The notes below the pieces were generated by a model that did not search any database, was not told where the DNA came from, and saw only the letters and a program-made list of their open reading frames with translations. A DNA stretch of 64,000 nt from an uncultured delta proteobacterium. GTDB taxonomy: Bacteria; Desulfobacterota; Desulfomonilia; UBA1062. Shown piece by piece: positions 51,940 to 59,498 of the stretch. Position 1 is the first letter of the stretch; every line of letters starts with the position of its first letter. The stretch is from positions 1 to 64,000 of the forward strand of contig CAWAUM010000004.1 of NCBI GenBank assembly GCA_963785235.1, given 5' to 3'. A program made the position numbers and the translations under genes.

Positions 51940-51955
51940 CTCCATGATTTCACCT
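51655..51955 (-). ncRNA. omegaRNA (HEARO-like): ~16-nt 5' guide from the smpB 3' end plus ~280-nt scaffold
   Basis: GTTGATTAGCCTCAG, CTACGTT, ATAGGCACTCCGGGATGCTCCACAAGTCC, TTAAACA, AACATTGGCGATGTGG and a terminal GACGGA..TCCGTC hairpin upstream of iscB. Confidence 0.82.
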
Positions 51956-52400
51956 CTCTTGCCGTATCGCGCCGGATATCACGTTCCTTGATGACATCTT
52001 TTTTGCTATGTGCCCGCCGCCCTTTGGCAAGACCCAACTCCACCTTGATGCGGTTGCCTTTTATATAGAGCCTTAACGGAACCAGGGTGAGCCCTTTTTC
52101 TTTAACCTTTCCGTTCAGTCTGAAGATTTCCCGTCTGTGTAAAAGAAGCTTTCTTGGGCATGTGGGATCATAATGAATATTCGATGCCTGGGCATACGGG
52201 CTTATATGGAAATTATTCAGAAAGACTTCATAGTTCCTGATCTGAGCATAGCCGTCCTTTATGTTTCCCCCACCGTTTCTGAGGGATTTCACCTCGGGGC
52301 CGCTCAGCACGATACCCGCCTCGATTGTCTCAAGTATCTCATATGAGTGCCTGGCTGTCTTATTGAGGCAAAGGTTTTTTTGGGCTTCAGGATCTTTCAT
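51918..52400 (-). CDS. smpB: SsrA-binding protein (last 6 aa from the IscB element)
   Basis: NKTARHSY, EAGIVLSGPEVKSLR, RKLLLHRREI, GLTLVPL. Confidence 0.95.
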   Translation of the reverse strand: MKDPEAQKNLCLNKTARHSYEILETIEAGIVLSGPEVKSLRNGGGNIKDGYAQIRNYEVFLNNFHISPYAQASNIHYDPTCPRKLLLHRREIFRLNGKVKEKGLTLVPLRLYIKGNRIKVELGLAKGRRAHSKKDVIKERDIRRDTAREVKSWRSTTRNQ

Positions 52401-52437
52401 GAATTAATGCCCCATTTTCAGTCTCATCAAAGGTATG

Positions 52438-54207
52438 TCAGGCAAGCTCAAATATATCGTGGGCATTTTCCATGATCTCTTTGCTCATGAACTCATAAAT
52501 TTCGGCAGCGGTTCTCATCTCAAAGATATGGCTCACAATGCCCTTGCACTTTTCAATGCTGAGTTTTCTGGCCATCTCTTTTATGTGAGAAATTGCAAAG
52601 GCATTCGTCGAGAGGGAATCAATGCCCATCCCCAACAGGATCGGGGTATAGATCTCGCGGCCGGCCATTTCGCCGCACATGGATACCGGAATACCGGCGT
52701 TGTGCGCCGCATCAACGGTGAATTGGATAAGGCGCAAGACACCTGGATGCAGGGGTTCGTACAGGTAGTTTACATACTCGTTGCCCCGGTCGATGGCGAT
52801 GGCATACTGTATGAGATCATTGGTGCCGAGACTGAAAAAATCCACCTCCTTTGCAAGGATATCCGCAATGACCGCTGCGGAGGGGACTTCGATCATAATG
52901 CCTACCCGGATATTCTCGTCAAAGGGGATGCCGTCTTTTTTCAAGGTCAGCTTGGTCTCTTCCAGGATATCCTTGGCCTTGGCCAGTTCCTCCATACCTG
53001 AAATCATGGGAAACATGATGGAGGTGTTGCCATAGTGACTGGCCCTGAGTAGGCCTCTCAGCTGTGTCTTGAAGATGTCTACTTCCTTGAGGCATAACCT
53101 GATGGCGCGCAACCCCATGACAGGGTTCCTCTCGTTGATCACCCTGCTCAGGCCGGCATAGAATTTGTCTCCGCCAAGATCCAAGGTGCGGATGACGGTG
53201 TTGAAGGGGGAGACCGTTTCCACAACCGTCTTGTATGCCTCGAAATGGTCCTCCTCCGTGGGGATCTCCTTGCGGATGAGATACAGGAATTCAGTCCGGT
53301 AGAGCCCGATCCCCTCGGCGCCGTGATCAAGGACTGTCTTAACCTCTTCCTTGAACTCGAGGTTGCCTTTGACCTTTATATACTTGCCATCCTTGGTGAT
53401 GGCGGGTTCCTTGGCCTTTTCCTTGAGTTTGAGCTCAAGGCTCAGATAGGACCTGGCCCTGTTCTCATATTCGTGTAATTGTGATTCAGAAGGGTTGACG
53501 ATAACAACCCCAGAGATGCCGTCGAGTATGAGATTGTCGCCGGGATTGATAAGAGACGAAACATTCTCAAGACCTACGACTGCAGGTATTTCAAGTGAGT
53601 GGGCGATGATGGCTGTGTGAGAGGTAAGGCCACCGACATCGGTTGCAAAACCAAGCACCTTGTTCTTGTTGAGCATGGCCGTATCTGCCGGTGAAAGGTC
53701 GTGCGCCACTATGATGCTGTTGTCAAGCAGGTGGAACCCGCTGGTTTGCCTGCCGATGAGGTTGCGCAGCAGACGTTCACTGACATAGGTCGTATCCGTT
53801 ACCCTGCTTTTGATGTACTCGTCATCGATGGCTTCAAAGGCCTGTTCAATCTCTTGAATGGCTATTTTCAAGGCCCACTCGGCATTGATGTAATCTTCGG
53901 TTATGAGTTGCTTTACCCGGTCTATGAGGGCCGGATCTTTCAGCATGAGCAGATGGGTTTCGAGGATAAGAGAATGCTCTTTAATTACATTATGTGTCTC
54001 AAGGGTGCGAATGGCCTCGCCGATCTGTTTCTGAGAGAGGACCATGGCATCATAGAAACGCTTGAGCTCGTCCTCGACACGGTCTTCCGAAACGCGCAGT
54101 TTGGGATACCGTTCAATTTTTTTCGTATCAATAATAACGGCCTGCCCGATGGCAATGCCGGCTGAGGCGGGAACACCGTGCAAGATATGGACCTGTTGCT
54201 GGGACAT
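52438..54207 (-). CDS. ptsI: PTS enzyme I
   Basis: GGLTSHTAI phospho-His, GIGLYRTEF, NPVMGLRAIR, FSLGTNDL, CGEMA. Confidence 0.95.
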   Translation of the reverse strand: MSQQQVHILHGVPASAGIAIGQAVIIDTKKIERYPKLRVSEDRVEDELKRFYDAMVLSQKQIGEAIRTLETHNVIKEHSLILETHLLMLKDPALIDRVKQLITEDYINAEWALKIAIQEIEQAFEAIDDEYIKSRVTDTTYVSERLLRNLIGRQTSGFHLLDNSIIVAHDLSPADTAMLNKNKVLGFATDVGGLTSHTAIIAHSLEIPAVVGLENVSSLINPGDNLILDGISGVVIVNPSESQLHEYENRARSYLSLELKLKEKAKEPAITKDGKYIKVKGNLEFKEEVKTVLDHGAEGIGLYRTEFLYLIRKEIPTEEDHFEAYKTVVETVSPFNTVIRTLDLGGDKFYAGLSRVINERNPVMGLRAIRLCLKEVDIFKTQLRGLLRASHYGNTSIMFPMISGMEELAKAKDILEETKLTLKKDGIPFDENIRVGIMIEVPSAAVIADILAKEVDFFSLGTNDLIQYAIAIDRGNEYVNYLYEPLHPGVLRLIQFTVDAAHNAGIPVSMCGEMAGREIYTPILLGMGIDSLSTNAFAISHIKEMARKLSIEKCKGIVSHIFEMRTAAEIYEFMSKEIMENAHDIFELA

Positions 54208-54473
54208 TACCGCTCTCCGAACCCGTCTTTCACCAGGGATACAAGGGAATTAATAGCGTCCTCTTCGTCTTTGCCATCAGAGCGGATGATGATCTTGGCC
54301 CCTTTCACTGCAGCAATAGTAAGCAGTTCCATAATGCTCTTTCCATTCACCTTCATGTGATCTTTTACCACCTCAATCTTTGAGGTGAACTGTGATGCCT
54401 GCTTGGAGAATAATGCGGCTGATCGGGCGTGCATACCAAGCTTATTCACAATAATGACATGCTCTTCTCTCAT
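54207..54473 (-). CDS. ptsH: HPr phosphocarrier
   Basis: NKLGMHAR (His15), NGKSIM (Ser46). Confidence 0.95.
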   Translation of the reverse strand: MREEHVIIVNKLGMHARSAALFSKQASQFTSKIEVVKDHMKVNGKSIMELLTIAAVKGAKIIIRSDGKDEEDAINSLVSLVKDGFGER

Positions 54474-55180
54474 CGTAGCATAGTCCATAACATGGATAGT
54501 GTAAATACTCCATATACTAACCAGAATATGTTCACGCGCAGTTTTATAAGGACTGTGCTTGTGACGAAAATGAAGAATCCTGCAGCAAAACCATGGTTGA
54601 TACCAATCCAGCCAGGGACCAGGCAGAGGATAACCCCGGCCAGAAAGGGGATAAGAAGGGAAACGTTTTTGGAAAAGTCAACGGAGAGCATGTGCCCCAA
54701 AGACAGCGCCCCTTGGGGGCCTTGCAGGTATCCCAAAAAAAAGCCCCAGGTCATCGTCCAGAGATGAATTGAATTGAAGAGAACAAGGGCGATGAATAAA
54801 CCCCAAAGCTGGTCCGCTATGGCCGATATCAGCAGTAAAAGAGCAAGGAGCGGTTTCAGGGTTGTCCAGAACAATGTGTCGCCTATGGCTGCAAGGGACC
54901 CGGTCAGCGAGGGCCTTATCTTTTCTATTAACTCTTCATCGCCTTTTTCATACAGGTGGAGAAAGACGCCGATTGCAGTTGGGGCCATATAGGGTTGCGT
55001 GTTGAAGAATGGAGTGTAGCGTTTAATGGCATCAGGTGTTTTTTCCGGGATGATGTGTTTAAGCCCTGGAAGTATTGCATGAGTGAACCCGATGTTCTGC
55101 ATACCTTTGAAATTCCAGGCAGCCTGGATAAACAAAGAATTCCACAGAATGGACAGGGCTACCCGTATCGGCATTTTCAC
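54470..55180 (-). CDS. PTS mannose-family EIID subunit (start uncertain)
   Basis: QAAWNFKGMQNIGF, FFNTQPY, GSLAAIGDTLFW. Confidence 0.85.
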   Translation of the reverse strand: MKMPIRVALSILWNSLFIQAAWNFKGMQNIGFTHAILPGLKHIIPEKTPDAIKRYTPFFNTQPYMAPTAIGVFLHLYEKGDEELIEKIRPSLTGSLAAIGDTLFWTTLKPLLALLLLISAIADQLWGLFIALVLFNSIHLWTMTWGFFLGYLQGPQGALSLGHMLSVDFSKNVSLLIPFLAGVILCLVPGWIGINHGFAAGFFIFVTSTVLIKLRVNIFWLVYGVFTLSMLWTMLR

Positions 55181-55251
55181 AATAGAGGATTCAGTAACAC
55201 ACCTTACCTGGTGCGTCAATAAACCCGGGTAGAAGAGATTATTGCTTTACT

Positions 55252-55536
55252 CTAGCGAAGCTCACAAACTACATTCTTGCCTAGTATACGCGCGGCTTTG
55301 CCAATAGTTTTTAATGTTACAGAAGTATTGTCCGGATTGAGCAAGCGATTAACTGCGGCGCGACTTGTATTCATCATGATCGCTAATTTTTTCCTCGTAA
55401 GGTTTTGTTCTTCCATAACCCTTTGAAGTTGATGTGAGATTACTTTCTTAATCGCTGCAAGAGTTACCTCTTCAAGGATATCCTCTTCTTTTAAAAAGTC
55501 ATCAAAGTCAGATCCAAGGTGCTTTTTGTTAATCAT
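55252..55536 (-). CDS. XRE-HTH antitoxin (HigA-like)
   Basis: HLGSDFDDFLKEE, MNTSRAAVNRLLNP..SVTL. Confidence 0.85.
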   Translation of the reverse strand: MINKKHLGSDFDDFLKEEDILEEVTLAAIKKVISHQLQRVMEEQNLTRKKLAIMMNTSRAAVNRLLNPDNTSVTLKTIGKAARILGKNVVCELR

Positions 55537-55882
55537 GTTTGCCTCTCACTGTTGATAATCTCTTTCGGGCTAATCTTAAATCTTCTTTAGGTGTTTGCTG
55601 GTCTTTCTTTATAAATCCGTGTAGCAGAATAATTCTGCCCCCACCCACGGTCATAATCACCCTTGAAATTCTGTTAATTAGCTCCGTTCTTACTTCCCAA
55701 AGATCTTTTTCAAGATGTCTAACAGTCGGCATACCTATTGGCCACCCAAACTGAACAGCCTTTATGTCTTCGCCTATTAATTTCTTTTCTTCTTTGGGTA
55801 ATCCCCTTAACCATTCCCTTACCGGCTCTTTCCCTGCTAATGTTTTATAAAATACAACTGTCAATAGAGAGCCCGCAATCAT
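55529..55882 (-). CDS. RelE/HigB-like toxin (DUF891/Gp49)
   Basis: FYKTLAGKEPVREWL, GWPIGMP, LWEVR, LLHGFIKK. Confidence 0.9.
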   Translation of the reverse strand: MIAGSLLTVVFYKTLAGKEPVREWLRGLPKEEKKLIGEDIKAVQFGWPIGMPTVRHLEKDLWEVRTELINRISRVIMTVGGGRIILLHGFIKKDQQTPKEDLRLARKRLSTVRGKHD

Positions 55883-55888
55883 TTAGAT

Positions 55889-55921
55889 ACCCCATGTATC
55901 AAAAAAGATACATGGGGTCAA
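55889..55921 (-). promoter_or_regulatory. TA promoter/operator palindrome
   Basis: ACCCCATGTATC-aaaaaa-GATACATGGGGT (12-bp arms) overlapping minus-strand TTGACC-N17-TACATG. Confidence 0.7.
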
Positions 55922-56138
55922 TATATATTTACTTATTTGTTTCACGGATAATGCTTTCAATATAGGTATGCTGGCAGCATCTTGTTCATAAAAGAGGGAG
56001 CAGGTTGTGGCTGCTTTACTTAAAGTTGATTTAGATGGAGGATTTGAAGGGATCAATTTTAAAAACAATTCCACGGTCACAATGAGTATTATGCTTAAGG
56101 CCACCTGAAGCGTATAGAGAGAATATATGTTTGGAGCA

Positions 56139-56744
56139 TTACCTTGATGTCTTAACGCCAAGACGTTTACAGTATGGGAGGATCTTACATTGTGAGCACA
56201 ATGGGCTTACCGGCAGACATATGTGCTGCCCATACGGCACAAGGTAGTTGTTGATCTCCTTCCAGTATTGCCTTGGAAGGATTTCCCGGAGCTTCATCTC
56301 AGTTTCATCCGGGGTCCTGGTTGACAGATATCCCCACCGGTTTGTAATCCTGTGGACATGCGTGTCTACACAGATCCCCATTTTGTCGAAACCTAATATA
56401 ACAACCAGGTTTGCCGTCTTTCTCCCGACACCCGGGAGTTTCAGGAGTTCGTCAAGGTCTTGAGGGACTTTACCATCATGCTCCTCATTGATTATCCTTG
56501 AGGTCTCCTTGATGTTTTTTGCCTTTGTTTTATAAAACCCAACAGGATAGATGGCGTGCTCGATAGTTTCTTGTGGCAGGTCTGATATCGCCTCAGGTGT
56601 TGAGGCAATGGCCGACAACCTTTCAAACGCATGATCGGTTGTGATGTCCTTCGTCCTGAGGGAGAGCATGGTGGAAATGAGTACCTTGAATGGGTCATGA
56701 TCGCGGGCGACCCTGCCGACTATGGGTTCCTTTAACTTGGTCAC
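56139..56744 (-). CDS. nth: endonuclease III (true start probably further upstream)
   Basis: LPGVGRKTAN HhH, VDTHVHR, C-X6-C-X2-C-X5-C. Confidence 0.9.
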   Translation of the reverse strand: MTKLKEPIVGRVARDHDPFKVLISTMLSLRTKDITTDHAFERLSAIASTPEAISDLPQETIEHAIYPVGFYKTKAKNIKETSRIINEEHDGKVPQDLDELLKLPGVGRKTANLVVILGFDKMGICVDTHVHRITNRWGYLSTRTPDETEMKLREILPRQYWKEINNYLVPYGQHICLPVSPLCSQCKILPYCKRLGVKTSR

Positions 56745-56779
56745 CTCATGGGAGAGGATCTTGAAGACTTTGTGGATTG

Positions 56780-57847
56780 TCAGAATGCAACTCCGAAACG
56801 GAGCAGATAACGTCTGTCTTTTTGCTGCCCTGAATGGGTTCCAACCTCTTCTGCATAGGTAAGGAGATCAAATTGAACCTTTTTTGTATCTGCTCCGAGC
56901 CCAAAGGTAAGGTAACCCTGATTCACCCCGGTTCTCAGTCTTATGATCTTGGTAAGGGAATATTCAAGACCAAGATGGATTCTTTTGCCGACATCGTCGT
57001 CATCTCCCATCCAGCCAAGTATATCAACATAATCAGCTGCAAGGGTTAAATCGCCGATCCGTTTCGAGACACCTATGTCTATGTGAGGATCAAGGTCTTC
57101 TGCATCCCCGAGTTTGTTTCCAATGAGATTACTGACACTCAATCCTAATTGAAGAGGTTCTGGGGCTACATCTTCTAGGGCGGGCTGAATTTTATATATG
57201 ACACCAAGATCGAGCAATCCCCCGCTGCCATCTTGAACATCATCCCTGAGACGGCTTTTGAAATTATGAGTGGTTATATCAGCTGCGCTGTACTCATTCA
57301 CAAGACTTTTCCTGTAGAGGTATTTTATATTTGAACCGATAAGTAAGTTATTTTCAAGGAAAGGCCAGGCATAGCCTGCACATACCCCTCCATCACCTAT
57401 GGCATCGACAGATAATTTCGGGTACTGTCTGTCCCGCACCTGGAGGTTGGATTTTACCGTACTAATAAGCCCAAAGGCAAAGTTGGGCTTCGTGTAGTTT
57501 GGGAAGATGGATGTAGCAATATGTCCGTAATCCCCAATATGGTCTTGTAAGAAGCTGGCAACTTCTTGTGAATTATCTGTATCAACATCCCAGGCATCTT
57601 TGTGAAAATTGTACGACTTTTTCGAACCTTCTATTTCAAGGTTTATGAGAGATACCCGGTTTTCTTTGATGTTTGCCAGACCTGCAGGATTGTAAAACAG
57701 TGCATTGGCATCATCCGAGAGGGCCGTGAATGCACCACCCATACCCAAAGGTCTTGCCCCTTTGTATATGTATGGCAATTCTTTGGCAAAGATATTCCAA
57801 GAAAACAAAAAAATTAGAATATATATTATTCCAACACATTTTTTCAT
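56780..57847 (-). CDS. outer-membrane beta-barrel (TraF/FadL/PorV-like N-terminal plug motif)
   Basis: Signal peptide, RPLGMGGAFTALSDDANALFYNPAGLA, C-terminal F. Confidence 0.75.
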   Translation of the reverse strand: MKKCVGIIYILIFLFSWNIFAKELPYIYKGARPLGMGGAFTALSDDANALFYNPAGLANIKENRVSLINLEIEGSKKSYNFHKDAWDVDTDNSQEVASFLQDHIGDYGHIATSIFPNYTKPNFAFGLISTVKSNLQVRDRQYPKLSVDAIGDGGVCAGYAWPFLENNLLIGSNIKYLYRKSLVNEYSAADITTHNFKSRLRDDVQDGSGGLLDLGVIYKIQPALEDVAPEPLQLGLSVSNLIGNKLGDAEDLDPHIDIGVSKRIGDLTLAADYVDILGWMGDDDDVGKRIHLGLEYSLTKIIRLRTGVNQGYLTFGLGADTKKVQFDLLTYAEEVGTHSGQQKDRRYLLRFGVAF

Positions 57848-57880
57848 GATAATCCTCCGGATAACAAATACTTAATAGTT

Positions 57881-58720
57881 CTACTTTGCAAGACTCTGGG
57901 CATATTTGTATAACCCTGCGGATGTAAAGTTCATTATGAGTTCATCAGAAACAGTTACACCAGATGTTGTTCCAAGAGCTGAATAGAGAATATCATAGAG
58001 AAAATCATTCAGACGATCCTTCATTTCATTTGGTTTCGGGTATGCGTTTGAAAAGGCAATGACGGCATTATTGATATTCATGAGGTCCTGTTGATAGGAA
58101 GGGATACCGCCACTGGTGGTTATTACAACGAAATTGTTTGCGCTGACACCAGACAAGGTAGTTGCTTTGTAAGCAGCTGTATTAATGGGCATTAAATCAT
58201 ATTTTGTCGCATTGCCCATGAACATGATGAAATGGGTTGCAGAGGCGAATCCGAGCTGGATTGTATCATCGGGAGTAGCTTTCCCTTTTTCTGCCATGAC
58301 CTGCAGCGTTTCATCTGCCGTGTTTATATAGCCAAGGATATCAGGCATGAGGGTGCTAGCTATATATTTTTCTTCCCCATCTACGGTAACATTGGATGAA
58401 GAGATCATGGAAGCCATGACATCAAAGGGTTTTAAACCTGCACTGTTTGAATTAGCTATGAATAGGGTAAGGTCAATCCCTGCCTTGCCCATATATGCTG
58501 AGGCCAACAATTGTCCTACGTTTGGGTCGAGGGCTGAAGTAGTATATATGGCACTCAGATCTGAGATGACTTGGTCATACTTCGAGTTATCAAGGTCTAT
58601 CCTGGCTTGTTCTATCTTTGAATCACCACTTGAATCTTGAGAGATCCCTTCTAAAATACTGTCTTGGCTGCAGGCAGAAAGAAACAGCAGGATGACAAAT
58701 CCCCAGAGATAAGCCTTCAT
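57881..58720 (-). CDS. lipoprotein, hypothetical
   Basis: LSAC lipobox; EQARIDLD...LASAYMGKAG TPR-like segment. Confidence 0.7.
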   Translation of the reverse strand: MKAYLWGFVILLFLSACSQDSILEGISQDSSGDSKIEQARIDLDNSKYDQVISDLSAIYTTSALDPNVGQLLASAYMGKAGIDLTLFIANSNSAGLKPFDVMASMISSSNVTVDGEEKYIASTLMPDILGYINTADETLQVMAEKGKATPDDTIQLGFASATHFIMFMGNATKYDLMPINTAAYKATTLSGVSANNFVVITTSGGIPSYQQDLMNINNAVIAFSNAYPKPNEMKDRLNDFLYDILYSALGTTSGVTVSDELIMNFTSAGLYKYAQSLAK

Positions 58721-58772
58721 ATAATACCCCCTGAATATATGCATGTTTTTAGATAGAATATTTCATGCGTAT

Positions 58773-58893
58773 GAGCCAATTGCAAAACATGCGTAAGGTC
58801 ATTCCCGCGGAAGCGGGAATCCAGTCTTTTCAAGCGCTTCTGGACGTCCGCTTTCGCGGGGGTGACACTTTTTTTGAGTTTTACAATTGGCTC
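58773..58893. mobile_element. ~120-bp MITE
   Basis: GAGCCAATTGCAAAAC...GTTTTACAATTGGCTC, flanks GTAT/ATAT. Confidence 0.85.
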
Positions 58894-59357
58894 ATATAAA
58901 TGCAATATTTACACCATTATCGTTGTCGCGGGTTCATGTCAAAATGTTTTTAAGAAAAGATTAAAATCTTCTAATTATTTATAGAAGGGTTAAAACAGAT
59001 AAAACGTGAATAGTCCGGGATTGAATGGGGTGAGTATTGAGAAATCGTCAACAAAGATTATTGTGGTAAGTCGCTCCTGAGCTTATGTTGCTATATACCT
59101 ACCAGAATCCTCTCAATCGAAGTGCAACTATATCGATGGAGAATTATTTCTAAATCATGAGAAGAATAGTTCCATTTTTTAGGAGCTCATTAAGCGTTAT
59201 CTAATCATAGTGACACGCTGCCTTAATAAATCAGTTTTAAAGAAAGACCATTAACTCAGAAAGTTATCTAGGAGAAATACTAGGGAAGCTCTGTCGCAAG
59301 GGATGATAAGCTGCAAAAGGAATAAGTATTGCATTTAATCAAGTAGTCATGATAGAG

Positions 59358-59376
59358 TAATGAGAATTCATTATTG
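59358..59376. promoter_or_regulatory. candidate operator TAATGA-N4-TCATTA
   Basis: TAATGA-gaat-TCATTATTG upstream of the 59499 gene, same core as 62146-62177. Confidence 0.5.
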
Positions 59377-59498
59377 AATAACTAGTTGTGAATATGATAT
59401 AAAAATGTCTATCATGAGCATAGTTGTTTCTAGAAGGTATTAAGGTTACATGATTGATGTGGCTGACTCGGACAGTATGAGTAAAGGAGAATAATCAC

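Noticed and set aside
56780-57847. TraF-like gene as evidence of a conjugative element
   Set aside because: No T4SS, relaxase or integrase nearby; the motif is shared by generic outer-membrane barrels.
58900-59498. 600-bp intergenic region as a riboswitch or sRNA
   Set aside because: No recognisable aptamer consensus by eye; a divergent promoter region explains it, and an Rfam scan would be needed to go further.
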